From Geobacterales bacterium (lineage in GTDB: Bacteria > Desulfobacterota > Desulfuromonadia > Geobacterales > Pseudopelobacteraceae), in contig JBBQXT010000001.1 in the NCBI GenBank assembly GCA_038209415.1, forward strand, positions 7,844 through 71,843: a DNA stretch of 64,000 nucleotides. Direction: 5' to 3'. This document shows, in pieces, positions 35,117 to 44,819 of the stretch. The first letter of the stretch is position 1, and each line of letters opens with the position of its first letter. Below the pieces are notes generated by a model, which saw nothing but the letters and a program-made list of their open reading frames with translations, did no database searches and was not told the origin of the DNA. Made by a program: the position numbers and the translations under genes.

Positions 35117-36190
35117 ATGCACAAAAAACTTTTCATTCCCGGCCCCGTCGAGGTTCATCCGGATATCCTGGCTGCCATGGCAACCCCCATGATTGGCCAT
35201 CGCATGAAGGAGTATGCCGAATTGCACGGCAGGGTCACCTCGGGACTAAAAAAACTGCTCTTCACCAGTGACAGGGTATTTCTGGCCACCTCCAGCGCCT
35301 TCGGCGTCATGGAGGGCGCGGTGCGCAACCTGGTCGGCACACGTTGCGCCAACTTCTGTAACGGTGCCTTTTCCGACAAATGGCACGATGTCACCCTGCG
35401 CTGCGGCAAACAGGCCGACGCCATCCGTTTCGACTGGGGCCGACCGGTCACCCCCGAGGCCGTTGAACAGGCCTTGTCCACCGGAAAGTACGACAGCATG
35501 ACCATGATCCATAACGAGACCTCGACCGGGGTCATGTCACCCCTGCCTGAAATCGCCGAGGTCATGCGGAAGTTTCCGGAGGTCATGTTCATCGTGGATA
35601 CGGTGTCGTCCATGAGTGCCTTGAAGGTACCGGTGGATGAACTGGGGATCGACAGCTGCATTTTCGGCGTCCAGAAGGCCTTTGCCCTGCCGCCGGGACT
35701 GACAGTGTTCACCGCCAGCGAGAAAGCCCTCCAGCGTGCCGCCGGTATGGAAGGGCGCGGCTATTACTTTGATTTCATGGAATTTGCCGCCAGTGATGCC
35801 AAGGACAACACCCCCTCTACCCCCTGTATCTCATTAATTTATGCCATGGACCGTCAACTGGAGCGCATCTTCGCCGAAGGGCTTGAGGCCCGCTGGGCCA
35901 GACACGCCAACCTGGCCGGCTACGTGCGGGACTGGGTCACCTCCCGCGGTTTCGAACTCTTCCCCGAAGCCCGTTACTGCTCACAGACACTGACCTGCAG
36001 CCGTAACAGCCGCGGCATCGACCTGGCAACACTCAAGAAAAAACTTGCCGAAGCCGGCTTCGCCTTTGACGACGGATACGGAAAGATCAAAGGGCAGACC
36101 TTCCGCATCGCCCATATGGGAGACATGACCAGAGTCGATCTTGATGAGCTATTATGCGCAATAACAACCATCATGCCTGAGTTGGCATAA
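35117..36190 (+). CDS. Class V PLP-dependent aminotransferase (serine-pyruvate / alanine-glyoxylate aminotransferase family)
   Basis: 357 aa. It has a FGVQKAF lysine region typical of the AGXT family, and its overall length and N-terminus (LFIPGPVEV) fit class V aminotransferases. Confidence 0.8.
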   Translation: MHKKLFIPGPVEVHPDILAAMATPMIGHRMKEYAELHGRVTSGLKKLLFTSDRVFLATSSAFGVMEGAVRNLVGTRCANFCNGAFSDKWHDVTLRCGKQADAIRFDWGRPVTPEAVEQALSTGKYDSMTMIHNETSTGVMSPLPEIAEVMRKFPEVMFIVDTVSSMSALKVPVDELGIDSCIFGVQKAFALPPGLTVFTASEKALQRAAGMEGRGYYFDFMEFAASDAKDNTPSTPCISLIYAMDRQLERIFAEGLEARWARHANLAGYVRDWVTSRGFELFPEARYCSQTLTCSRNSRGIDLATLKKKLAEAGFAFDDGYGKIKGQTFRIAHMGDMTRVDLDELLCAITTIMPELA

Positions 36191-36223
36191 ACATCACACT
36201 GTAGAAGATACGGAGGTAGTACC

Positions 36224-36403
36224 ATGAAGTGCCCCAATTGCGGCGACAGAACAGCGGTGGATCTGGATACTCATTCTGGCGGATTCACGTCCGAAGAGTC
36301 ACCGGTCAAGGAATGCGGGGCCTGCGGTTTGGTCTGGCGGGTCAAAATGGAGAGTGGAGAATCAACGGTCGACATCATCAAGCCGGCGGACAAAAAGAAG
36401 TAG
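36224..36403 (+). CDS. Small zinc-ribbon protein (59 aa)
   Basis: Manually translated as MKCPNCGDRT...ECGACGLVW...KKK, with two CXXC pairs. A GGAGG lies 7 nt upstream. It is below the ORF-track cut-off. Confidence 0.5.
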   Translation: MKCPNCGDRTAVDLDTHSGGFTSEESPVKECGACGLVWRVKMESGESTVDIIKPADKKK

Positions 36404-36427
36404 AGACGCGAAATTCTGCGTCTCTAC
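36400..36427. terminator. Hairpin between convergent genes
   Basis: GTAGAGACGC (36400-36409) / GCGTCTCTAC (36418-36427), a perfect 10-bp stem. No clear U-run. Confidence 0.4.
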
Positions 36428-36438
36428 CGAGTACCGGA

Positions 36439-36597
36439 CTATTCCTTTTCAAAGACATCCTTGCCGGCGCCGCACAGGGGGCAGACCCAGTCATCGGGCA
36501 GAGACTCAAAGGGCGTTCCGGCCGGGATGCCCCTGTCCGGGTCGCCTGTTGCAGGGTCGTAAACGTACTGACAGATGGTGCAGATCCAACGTTCCAT
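36439..36597 (-). CDS. Rubredoxin
   Basis: Manually translated 52 aa: [52 protein letters not shown], with canonical CXXC...CPXCG motifs. It is absent from the ORF track because of its length. Confidence 0.85.
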   Translation of the reverse strand: MERWICTICQYVYDPATGDPDRGIPAGTPFESLPDDWVCPLCGAGKDVFEKE

Positions 36598-36616
36598 GAT
36601 GTAGCTCCTTTTCGTT

Positions 36617-36808
36617 TTAGGGTTCCCAGCTGATACACTGGACCGGACAGCCGTCTATCGCCTGCTGAATGTCCTTTTCCGGGGCACCGCTGGGATCAAA
36701 ACATTCTGATTTCCCGGCACTGTTAAAACGGAAAACATCAGGACAGGTAGATATGCAGAGGCCGCAGCTGATACAGTTTTCCTGGTCAACAACAGGTTTT
36801 TTATTCAT
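36617..36808 (-). CDS. Small single-cluster ferredoxin
   Basis: 63 aa with [12 protein letters not shown] ... CP, as in monocluster 4Fe-4S/3Fe-4S ferredoxins. An AAGGAG ribosome-binding site precedes it. Confidence 0.8.
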   Translation of the reverse strand: MNKKPVVDQENCISCGLCISTCPDVFRFNSAGKSECFDPSGAPEKDIQQAIDGCPVQCISWEP

Positions 36809-36834
36809 ACTGGTCTCCTTGCTAGTGGTGAGCT

Positions 36835-36862
36835 ATTGTACCAGCATAAAAAAAGATGTCAA
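36835..36862 (-). promoter_or_regulatory. Sigma-70-like promoter for the ferredoxin-rubredoxin pair
   Basis: The minus strand reads TTGACA (36857-36862), a 16-nt spacer, then TACAAT (36835-36840), about 27 nt upstream of the ATG at 36808. Confidence 0.55.
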
Positions 36863-36878
36863 TCGAGTGGAGAAGCCG

Positions 36879-37502
36879 ATGATATTTGAAACCTTGGAAG
36901 TCGGCCCGCTGGGCGTCAACTGTTTCATACTGGGATGCGCAGCCTCCCACGAAGGAGTGGTGATAGACCCAGGTGGCGATGTGGATCGAATCGCTGAAAT
37001 AGTCCGCAAGCATGACCTGAAAATCCGTTACATAATCAATACCCACGGCCATTTCGATCATGTCGGAGGAAATCTTCAGGCCGTCAGGGCCTTTGGTGCG
37101 CAGCTTTTGATTCACGAAAATGATGCCGCCATGCTCGGCCGGGCCGCCGAGGTCGCCGGCATGTATGGCATGCAGGGCGAAAATTCACCTGCCCCTGACA
37201 GTTTTCTTGCAGAAGACCTGGAGATCGTCTTCGGTAGCCACCGGATAAAAGTACTACACACCCCCGGGCATACCCAAGGCGGCTGTTGTCTCTACCTGGA
37301 GGCTGAAAACAAGATCATCACGGGCGACACACTCTTTGCCGATTCCATCGGTAGGACCGACTTGCCCGGCGGGTCCCATGAACAGCTGCTGCAATCGATC
37401 CGCAGCAAGCTCTTTACCCTGCCGGACAATGTGACAGCCTATCCGGGCCATGGTCCGCACACAACCATCGGGCACGAGAAACGTAACAATCCGTATTTTT
37501 AG
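36879..37502 (+). CDS. MBL-fold metallo-hydrolase (hydroxyacylglutathione hydrolase-like)
   Basis: INTHGHFDHVGG metal-binding motif. I used the internal ATG at 36879; the longer ORF-track version overlaps the ferredoxin gene on the opposite strand. Confidence 0.85.
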   Translation: MIFETLEVGPLGVNCFILGCAASHEGVVIDPGGDVDRIAEIVRKHDLKIRYIINTHGHFDHVGGNLQAVRAFGAQLLIHENDAAMLGRAAEVAGMYGMQGENSPAPDSFLAEDLEIVFGSHRIKVLHTPGHTQGGCCLYLEAENKIITGDTLFADSIGRTDLPGGSHEQLLQSIRSKLFTLPDNVTAYPGHGPHTTIGHEKRNNPYF

Positions 37503-37556
37503 CACGGCGGGGAACGGTCGTCTATTTTCTTAAATGCTTCCGCCCTCACACTATCC

Positions 37557-38789
37557 ATGGATCAGGTACAGGGATCACAGCCCATGCTCAAGGGAAAACA
37601 GATAGTTCTGGGAGTTAGCGGCGGCATTGCCGTCTACAAGGCCGTTGAGCTGCTCCGTCTGCTCACCAAGGCCGGCGCCGATGTTCAGGTCATCATGACC
37701 CGGGCCGCCCAAAAATTCGTAACCCCGCTCACGTTTCAAACACTATCCGCCAACCCAGTCCATACTGAGCTCTTCAACCTGATCGCGGAACGGGAGATCG
37801 GCCATATTACACTGGCCGACCGGGCTGACCTGTTTATCATCGCCCCGGCCACGGCCAACGTCATCGGCAAGATTGCCTCCGGCATCGATGACGACATGCT
37901 CACCACCACGATTATGGCCACCAAGGCGCCCGTATTGATTGCCGCCGCCATGAATGTCAACATGTACACAAACCCGATCTACCTCGAAAACGAGGACCGG
38001 CTGCGGCGGCACGGCTACCTGTTCGTGCCGCCGGAAAAGGGCGCACTGGCCTGCGGCTGGGAGGGTGACGGCAAACTGGCAGCGCCCGAAACGATCTTCG
38101 AGGCGGCTGTGGCAACTCTTTCGCCCCAGGATCTCCGCGGGCAGACCATCATGATCACCGCCGGGCCGACCCGTGAGGAGATTGATCCGGTCCGTTTTAT
38201 CAGTAATCATTCTTCAGGCAAGATGGGCTATGCCTTGGCGCGGAATGCACAGCGGCGGGGGGCGCGGGTGATCCTTGTCAGCGGTCCGGTGAACCTTGCG
38301 GCACCATGTGGGGTCGAACTGGTGAACGTCGCAAGTGCCCGCGAGATGCATGCGGCAGTCATGGAACGTGTCGCCGACTGCACCGCCATCATCAAGGCGG
38401 CCGCAGTTGCCGATTACTGTCCCGCGCAGCGCAGCGGAGTAAAGCTCAAGAAGCAGAATACCGAACTATCACTGCTGCTGGTCAGGACACCCGATATTCT
38501 TGCCGGGCTGGGCAGGTTGGAGAAGCGACCGTTTCTGGTGGGTTTTGCAGCGGAAACCTGCAATCTCGATCAGTTTGCCGCCGGGAAACTGGAAGGCAAG
38601 AATGCGGATATGATCGTTGCAAATGACGTCAGCCAGGCCGATGCCGGCTTTCATGTGGACACCAACCGGGCCAAGCTGTTCTTCCGGGATGGGCGGAGTC
38701 TGGAGTGTGCGCTGATGACCAAGGATGCACTGGCTGCCGTGATCCTTGACCACATCGTTGCAGAATCGGAGGCACGCAAGAACGGCTGA
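37557..38789 (+). CDS. coaBC: Bifunctional phosphopantothenoylcysteine decarboxylase / phosphopantothenate-cysteine ligase
   Basis: N-terminal flavoprotein motif GVSGGIAVYKA and CoaB-domain motif NHSSGKMGYALA; 410 aa. An alternative start lies at 37584. Confidence 0.9.
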   Translation: MDQVQGSQPMLKGKQIVLGVSGGIAVYKAVELLRLLTKAGADVQVIMTRAAQKFVTPLTFQTLSANPVHTELFNLIAEREIGHITLADRADLFIIAPATANVIGKIASGIDDDMLTTTIMATKAPVLIAAAMNVNMYTNPIYLENEDRLRRHGYLFVPPEKGALACGWEGDGKLAAPETIFEAAVATLSPQDLRGQTIMITAGPTREEIDPVRFISNHSSGKMGYALARNAQRRGARVILVSGPVNLAAPCGVELVNVASAREMHAAVMERVADCTAIIKAAAVADYCPAQRSGVKLKKQNTELSLLLVRTPDILAGLGRLEKRPFLVGFAAETCNLDQFAAGKLEGKNADMIVANDVSQADAGFHVDTNRAKLFFRDGRSLECALMTKDALAAVILDHIVAESEARKNG

Positions 38790-38796
38790 CCTGCTT

Positions 38797-38920
38797 ATTC
38801 CAATTTCAAATCAAGGATGAAATCAAGGCGGTGAGGATTGAGGCGACGAAGGCATACAGGTAAGTATGTTGAGGAGCCGAAGACGAGCCAACGCAGATAG
38901 CGCCTTGATTTGGAATTGGA
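38797..38920 (+). repeat. Intergenic element bounded by a 19-nt inverted repeat (18 of 19 positions; the mismatch is a G-U pair on a plus-strand RNA)
   Basis: TTCCAATTTCAAATCAAGG (38797-38815) against CCTTGATTTGGAATTGGAA (38902-38920). The interior holds the imperfect direct repeat TTGAGGCGACGAAGGC / TTGAGGAGCCGAAGACG. Confidence 0.4.
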
Positions 38921-38921
38921 A

Positions 38922-39830
38922 TTATCCGTTATAGATCTCATCCAGCAACTCCGGCTTATCCAGCGCCTGACGGAGCTTCAGCCTCAGCAGCTCCACCTGC
39001 TCCAAACCCTCCGCTTTTGTCACTCTCCCGTTTTTGTACAGCAGCCGCAGGTTTTTCCGTACCGCCTCGGCCATGGCCAGCGCACGCTCACCGGTGGGAT
39101 CCGCAATCAGCAACTCAGACTCCTGCGGCTGCTGCAGAAAACCGAACACCGCATCCTCGGTCAGCTTAAGGTATTCATCCCGGTCCGTTTCCGCCAGTAC
39201 ATAGCGCGATTTGTCGGACAGCGTCTGCATCACCTTCTGCCATTTTTCCAGACGCGACAACAGCATGATCGAGTTGAAGATGCGCTTGTTGGTGCCGAAT
39301 GAGAAGATGGTATTGGACAGCACACTTCGCATGAGCGCATCGTTGGCCCGCTGGTCCGTGCGGCAAACCTCCTGCGCCGTCTCCCAGATATCCCTGGCTA
39401 CAAAGGTTTCAAAGCGCATCTCCCAGTAGGCATGCTTCATGGTTATCGTTGCAAAAGAACGCATGATCTTGTAAGGCACGTAGTAATTGTGGGCAATGAC
39501 ATCTGCCGCCAGGTGACAGAGATAGCCATAGGCGCAAGCTCGTTCGCTGTCTGTACGGGCGGCCTGCAGCACCTTCCGGCCGATCCGCCAGCGGTGGCAG
39601 TTCAGCATATAGTGGGTGAATTTCTTGCCCAGCGTGATGTCTGCCGAGATGCAGCCATACAGAAAATCGCGCGGATGGCTCGCCAGCACGGCAGCCACAT
39701 CAGGCGACAGAGCGAAAAGATTGTTAAGTACGGACACACCCAGCTGCAGATGAATCCCGCCACCCCAGGCGAAAGCCTGGTGGGGAATCAGCAGGGTGAC
39801 AACGGCTGTGATCAGTAGGCAGAAGAGCAT
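38922..39830 (-). CDS. Secreted zinc-dependent phospholipase C / S1-P1 nuclease-like family protein
   Basis: The internal ATG at 39830 gives a signal peptide ending AFA-WGGGIH, with a Trp at the mature N-terminus as in Zn-dependent PLCs. There is also a GYLCHLAADVIAHN His/Asp motif. Confidence 0.5.
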   Translation of the reverse strand: MLFCLLITAVVTLLIPHQAFAWGGGIHLQLGVSVLNNLFALSPDVAAVLASHPRDFLYGCISADITLGKKFTHYMLNCHRWRIGRKVLQAARTDSERACAYGYLCHLAADVIAHNYYVPYKIMRSFATITMKHAYWEMRFETFVARDIWETAQEVCRTDQRANDALMRSVLSNTIFSFGTNKRIFNSIMLLSRLEKWQKVMQTLSDKSRYVLAETDRDEYLKLTEDAVFGFLQQPQESELLIADPTGERALAMAEAVRKNLRLLYKNGRVTKAEGLEQVELLRLKLRQALDKPELLDEIYNG

Positions 39831-39905
39831 GGTGCTTCTTTCATTTTGACAGATACCGGGGCTTGCTGTTAGAGTCCCTGAAAAGATGTTACTCCAGTTC
39901 GTGCA

Positions 39906-40709
39906 ATGATTCAACAGGAGCAATCTATAGTGTCCCCCAATCCTGATCCGGCAATACTCAGATCGTCTCTCAACGCCTATCTGGAAGAACTTCGCGAGAG
40001 CGGAATTGATGGTTTCCCGAACGATGTCTCCAGTGCTTCTCCACAGCCTGCCATGCCCGCCGCAGCCGTCAAGAGCACGAGGCCGCAGCCCCTGGCCAAG
40101 CCGCCCGAGGACACTGCCGCTCACCACGAAACCCTTGAACATATCAGAAAGAACCTGGGTGAATGTCAGCGCTGCAAGCTGGGCAAGACGAGGAAAAACC
40201 TGGTATTCGGCGTCGGCAATCCCAACGCCCGGCTGGTATTTGTGGGGGAAGGCCCGGGGGCGGATGAGGATGAAAAGGGAGAACCCTTTGTCGGGGATGC
40301 CGGCCGGATGCTCAATCGCATCATCACAGCCATGGGGATCACACGCGAAGAGGTCTACATCTGCAACGTAGTCAAGTGCCGGCCACCCGGAAACCGCAAT
40401 CCCGAGCCGGACGAAATCGAGGCCTGCTCTCCATTTCTGATACGCCAGCTGAAATCAATCCAACCGGAAGCCATCGTGGCGCTGGGCAAATTCGCCTCCC
40501 AGACCCTACTGGAGACAAAGGAGCCGATTTCAAAGCTGCGCGGCAGGTTCCGCAACTTTCACGGGATCCCGCTCATGCCGACCTACCACCCGTCCTATCT
40601 GCTGCGCACTGGTGGAAATTCCGATTCATTCTGGGATGTGTGGGATGATATGACCCAGGTGCTACAGTTACTCAAACTGCCGGTGCCCGATAAGAGCAGG
40701 AAAAAGTAG
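39906..40709 (+). CDS. Uracil-DNA glycosylase, family 4
   Basis: CQRCKL Fe-S Cys pair, the family-4 motif [20 protein letters not shown], and HPSYLLR near the C-terminus. Confidence 0.85.
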   Translation: MIQQEQSIVSPNPDPAILRSSLNAYLEELRESGIDGFPNDVSSASPQPAMPAAAVKSTRPQPLAKPPEDTAAHHETLEHIRKNLGECQRCKLGKTRKNLVFGVGNPNARLVFVGEGPGADEDEKGEPFVGDAGRMLNRIITAMGITREEVYICNVVKCRPPGNRNPEPDEIEACSPFLIRQLKSIQPEAIVALGKFASQTLLETKEPISKLRGRFRNFHGIPLMPTYHPSYLLRTGGNSDSFWDVWDDMTQVLQLLKLPVPDKSRKK

Positions 40710-40716
40710 CCCGTTC

Positions 40717-41592
40717 TCAGGGAGCAACCCATCTCCGGACCACAAATATATCCCGCTGCTTCCCGGCGGCCGGCCAGCTATCCACCGGCCGCCGGGTGCG
40801 TATAATCTCCTGCAGCCGCTGCCGGAGCGGAGTCGTCATCACCCCGCCGGCACCCGGCTTGCCGCATTCCAGCCTGCTCTCGATGATTGTGTCCCGGTCC
40901 AGCACGATCAGCACATGCCCGCTCCAGACAATCAGGTCCAGCGCTTCCAGCAGCCCCGCAATCTCATCAGAGCTTTTTCCCGCAACGTGAACAGCCTTTC
41001 CGTATGAAACCAGCCGCGAGGTATTGCGAGGCGTCCAGCCGCCGGTAGCCTGGTAGAGCAGCCCCGAGCAGTCCAGCCCGGCCAGGGTCAATCGGCTTCT
41101 GTTCACGGCCGGAATTCCGGCGCCGTAGAACAGCTCGACCAGCTCAGGCACGCCATCCTGAAGATTTCCTCCCCACACATACGGGCTGCCAACGGAGGCC
41201 CTCAGAGCAGCAATGATCTCCTGAGAGGCCGGCAGCCTGCGGGCACGCTGTGGGGGTTTTTCCTGGCGGGTTTCGAGGAAGCGGCTGTCCACGTAGAGTT
41301 TCGCTCCGGCCGGTCGGGGATAGTCATCCGTCTCTACCGAGAGTGCCGTTGCCGCTCCGTCGCGCAGCTCGCCACGAACCCTGAACACCGTTCCCGGCAG
41401 GGCGATGAATTCCAGCTCTCGCACCTGTCCGCAGCGGTCTGTTTTCAGTGTCCTGCCATCGATGCCGCCGAAGACCGAACGGAAGGCCGGTGTGTTGAGA
41501 ACCGGCGCGGCACTGCGTGCAATGCCGTAGGGGGCCGCGTCAACCGGCAAGGTGCAGCAGCAGACCCACAGCAGGAGCAACAGCGCACGCAT
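40717..41592 (-). CDS. Secreted NlpC/P60 (C40) family peptidase-like protein
   Basis: Signal peptide from the ATG at 41592, then SPYVWGGN...GLDCSGLLY catalytic Cys motif and a downstream GHVLIV His. Confidence 0.65.
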   Translation of the reverse strand: MRALLLLLWVCCCTLPVDAAPYGIARSAAPVLNTPAFRSVFGGIDGRTLKTDRCGQVRELEFIALPGTVFRVRGELRDGAATALSVETDDYPRPAGAKLYVDSRFLETRQEKPPQRARRLPASQEIIAALRASVGSPYVWGGNLQDGVPELVELFYGAGIPAVNRSRLTLAGLDCSGLLYQATGGWTPRNTSRLVSYGKAVHVAGKSSDEIAGLLEALDLIVWSGHVLIVLDRDTIIESRLECGKPGAGGVMTTPLRQRLQEIIRTRRPVDSWPAAGKQRDIFVVRRWVAP

Positions 41593-41594
41593 TT

Positions 41595-42395
41595 TCACAG
41601 GGAGGAATGCCGACAGCCCAACGCCTTGCGTAGCAGCTCTTTTTGGGCAAAGGTCAGTCGCGGCACGCACAGCAAATCCTTGATTGTGCTCTGGGGGAGG
41701 CCCGGCAGGAACAGGGTGTACCAGATACTCGGCGTACGCGGGTTTTTGAGGATCGCCAGGCGGATATTGGGTCGCCCTTTCCAGCGTCCGCTGCGGGCAA
41801 TCATCGAGATTGTCTCGGCTGTAGAGGTGGGTGCGGTTATGAACTGGTGTACGGAACCCTCATTCAGGTGCGGATTGTCAAGGCAGGCCTCCACCAGCGG
41901 CGGCAGCCCTTCCCGCAGAAGCGACTCGACGATGGCGGAAGTCCCGCGCCGGGCCAGGGTTATCTTGTTTCCCAGAGGTTGGGTCGGAATACGCTGAATG
42001 ATGACCCGTTCTGCCAACATACGCTGATCAGGTGCAATTCCGGGTATCAGACAGATTTTCAGAAGCTCGAATACCGTGAGCAGCGGCAGCAGCGAGGCGG
42101 CTATGTGCGCGGGGGTTTCCGGGTTGATAATCAGGGCGAACTTGACTGGGGTGCCTGCAATGAGATGTTTGTTGGCGTAGATCGCACTGAATACATCCGC
42201 CACCAGACCGCGCTGCTTCAGAAGCGCCAAGAGGTGGTGCTCATCAAAGACCGGATTTCGCAAGACCATCAGCAGCACCTCCACAGGCGCTCCCTGCAGT
42301 ATCAGGAACAATTCGTCCTTGTCTGCAGTCAGGGCGCGCTGCTGGCGTTGTGACAAAATTTGATCAATCCCCGCAAATTTTGCAGAATCTTCCAT
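41595..42395 (-). CDS. Hypothetical helical-repeat protein (leucine-rich-repeat-variant-like NPxTP repeats)
   Basis: Repeated motifs VLRNPVFDEHHLLALL, LIINPETPAHIAASLL, CLDNPHLNEGSV and AILKNPRTPSIW. The start is uncertain: the frame stays open up to 42644, but codon usage upstream of the ATG at 42395 looks non-coding. Confidence 0.5.
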   Translation of the reverse strand: MEDSAKFAGIDQILSQRQQRALTADKDELFLILQGAPVEVLLMVLRNPVFDEHHLLALLKQRGLVADVFSAIYANKHLIAGTPVKFALIINPETPAHIAASLLPLLTVFELLKICLIPGIAPDQRMLAERVIIQRIPTQPLGNKITLARRGTSAIVESLLREGLPPLVEACLDNPHLNEGSVHQFITAPTSTAETISMIARSGRWKGRPNIRLAILKNPRTPSIWYTLFLPGLPQSTIKDLLCVPRLTFAQKELLRKALGCRHSSL

Positions 42396-42634
42396 GAGGG
42401 TTCCAACTTGCCGGAGGCCTTGTATGAAGCATTTCAACGGACTTCTAATATTCACATGCGGTTTCAGTATGTGACTTTGCAAACACCTTGCCATTCTGTC
42501 AACAAGCGTACGACTGCTTTCTGATTGTTGCACCGTCAACAGCTTCGTGGTAGAGGTACTGACGATACTTTCCGGGAGAGATATTTGCATGTCGGTAACT
42601 TTCTTTAACTGCTCTGGCAAAAAGGACGGCCCCT

Positions 42635-43489
42635 GTGGCGGCAATCCCTGTTTACAATACGTTAGCCGTGCATTCAGAGATCAGCGACGACGAACTGGCG
42701 GAGATCAGCACCATCCTGAGCATGTGGCGCCCGATCAACATGTCCGTCTACAAGGACAAGTGCATGAAGCGGCGCGTTGCCATCCGGATGCGTTCCACGC
42801 ACTGCCGCGATGCAGGCGAATACTGCAACCTGTTGCGGCAGAGTCCCCTTGAGCTGGATCTGCTCCAGAAGGCACTTACCATCCATGTCAGCCAGTTTTT
42901 TCGGAACCCTTCCATGTTCGAGAAGCTGCGCGCGGAGGTGCTCCCCGGGCTGATTCATTCCCGTAAAAACAACGGCAGCGGCGTGCTGCGCCTCTGGTGC
43001 CTGGGATGTGCCGGCGGCGAGGAACCCTTCAGTCTGGCAATTCTCCTGCGCGAATATTTCGGCAATGAACTGCGCACGATGCAGTCCGTCATTCTCGGCA
43101 TCGACATTGATGCAGAGACCATTCGGGTCGCGCAACTGGCTGAATATAATGAGGATCGGCTCAAGGATGTCCCCTCAGAACTCAGGGAGCGTTATTTCCG
43201 CCAGAACGAATCCCGGTTTCGCCTGGTGCAAGAGATACGCGACATGGTGACGTTTCAGCAAGGCGATATCACCAACATTGCCGGGCATGTTCCCAGCGAC
43301 CTGGTTGTGTGCCGTAACACCCTGATCTATTTTACCCGGCCGCATCAGGAAAGAATTCTGCACGGTGTTGCTGACATCCTTCTGGAAGGCGGTATACTCG
43401 TGTTGGGCAAGTCCGAAACCCTGGTAGGCGATGTCCGGCGGCGCTTTGAGGCGGTCTGCCCCGTGGAGCGGATTTACCGCAGGAAATGA
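42635..43489 (+). CDS. cheR: Chemotaxis protein methyltransferase CheR
   Basis: N-terminal YK...RRVAIRM helix region and SAM-binding LRLWCLGCAGGEEPFSLAILL. The start is a GTG at 42635, or alternatively a GTG at 42668. Confidence 0.85.
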   Translation: MAAIPVYNTLAVHSEISDDELAEISTILSMWRPINMSVYKDKCMKRRVAIRMRSTHCRDAGEYCNLLRQSPLELDLLQKALTIHVSQFFRNPSMFEKLRAEVLPGLIHSRKNNGSGVLRLWCLGCAGGEEPFSLAILLREYFGNELRTMQSVILGIDIDAETIRVAQLAEYNEDRLKDVPSELRERYFRQNESRFRLVQEIRDMVTFQQGDITNIAGHVPSDLVVCRNTLIYFTRPHQERILHGVADILLEGGILVLGKSETLVGDVRRRFEAVCPVERIYRRK

Positions 43490-43538
43490 ATCAGGTTTTG
43501 TCAGGCTTACTATCTGGAATTGAATGTGGAGGGGCACT

Positions 43539-44819
43539 ATGCGGATTCCCATGGGTTATAAATTCATCATCGGTTTTATTGTCGTTATTGCGGCGGTAGT
43601 CTTCAGCCCGAAGCTGGTAGCGGATCTTGGATATTCTGCCGAAATGTCCGGCCTTCTGGCCTATGCGGTTGCCATGACGTTCGGTCTCATCCTGGGCTGG
43701 CTCTTCTCAAAGGGTTTTACCGCCAACATCGCCAGACTGGCCGAGTCAGCCGAGGCCATCAGTCGCGGCGATCTGACCCGTGATGTAATTCTCCGGCCGT
43801 CGATCATCCCCGACGAAACCCACGAACTGGCAGGGCTGATCAATCAGATGGTTCAAAATCTGCGCGATCTGGTGGGGCACATCAAGAAGACCTCCGGGCA
43901 GCTATCCGATTCGGCCCTGGAAATCAACTCAACCGCACTGGAAATCAACGCCTCCACCGAGGAGGTGGCCCAAGCTATCGAATCCATCTCCCGCGGCGCC
44001 GAGACCCAGGCCGAGATGGCAGAGAAAAGCTCCGATACCATCCGTGAGATGGCTATCTCCATCGATCTGGTAGCCACCCGCGCCCGGGAAACGGCTAAAG
44101 CCGCACGGGAAACAAGCTTGACCGCCCAGCAGGGCGGCAGTCTGGCCAACAATTCCCTGGAGCGGATGAAAGTTTTTTTTGAACAACAGGAAATGATCGC
44201 CAGCCAGTTTGCCGTATTTAACAGCAAACTGCAAAAGGTAGGGAAAATTGCCGACTTCATCGGTGTTGTAGCCCGCCAGACAAATCTGCTGGCACTGAAC
44301 GCTTCCATCGAGGCTGCCCGTGCCGGGGAATACGGCAAGGGATTCGCCGTAGTGGCCGAAGAGGTGCGCAAGCTAGCCGACGGTTCCGCGAAATCGGCTT
44401 CTGATATCAACGAGATGATCGATAATCTGCGGGAGGAGAGCCGCCAGATGCACGACGTCATTCTGGAGAGCTCTCGTACCATCAAGGAAGGCAAGAAGAA
44501 CATTGATGTAACCGCCAGCGCCTTTCAGGAAATCCTCAAAACCGTGCTCGAGACTGAGCGCAAAGCGATCAGCATCGCCGATCTTTCCCAGATGCAGCTG
44601 GAAGGTTCAGAAAAGATGGTCAAGGTGGTGGAAGAGATTGCCAAGGTAGCCGATGACAATGCCGCCTCCACCGAGCAGGTTTCTGCCGCAACCGAACAGC
44701 AACTGGCAGCCATGCAGGATATGGCCTTGGCGACCAAAGAGTTGACACAGCTGGCGGAAGTGCTCCTGACCATTGTGGAACGTTTTCAGGTCAACAGGGG
44801 AGAGCAGCGTCAAGCATGA
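43539..44819 (+). CDS. Methyl-accepting chemotaxis protein with minimal periplasmic loop
   Basis: Two TM helices about 16 aa apart, a HAMP domain, and the conserved signalling hairpin [35 protein letters not shown]. Confidence 0.85.
   Translation: MRIPMGYKFIIGFIVVIAAVVFSPKLVADLGYSAEMSGLLAYAVAMTFGLILGWLFSKGFTANIARLAESAEAISRGDLTRDVILRPSIIPDETHELAGLINQMVQNLRDLVGHIKKTSGQLSDSALEINSTALEINASTEEVAQAIESISRGAETQAEMAEKSSDTIREMAISIDLVATRARETAKAARETSLTAQQGGSLANNSLERMKVFFEQQEMIASQFAVFNSKLQKVGKIADFIGVVARQTNLLALNASIEAARAGEYGKGFAVVAEEVRKLADGSAKSASDINEMIDNLREESRQMHDVILESSRTIKEGKKNIDVTASAFQEILKTVLETERKAISIADLSQMQLEGSEKMVKVVEEIAKVADDNAASTEQVSAATEQQLAAMQDMALATKELTQLAEVLLTIVERFQVNRGEQRQA

Noticed and set aside
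36669-36878. N-terminal 70-codon extension of the MBL-fold hydrolase ORF
   Set aside because: It overlaps the ferredoxin gene and its promoter on the opposite strand. The conserved MBL fold begins at the internal ATG at 36879.
42396-42644. 83-codon N-terminal extension of the helical-repeat protein ORF, reaching into the cheR start
   Set aside because: The extension uses a TTG start and has no ribosome-binding site. It is rich in codons such as ATA, AGA, AGT and TCT that are uncommon in the downstream part, and it would overlap the divergent cheR start. It is more likely the shared promoter region, though this is not certain.
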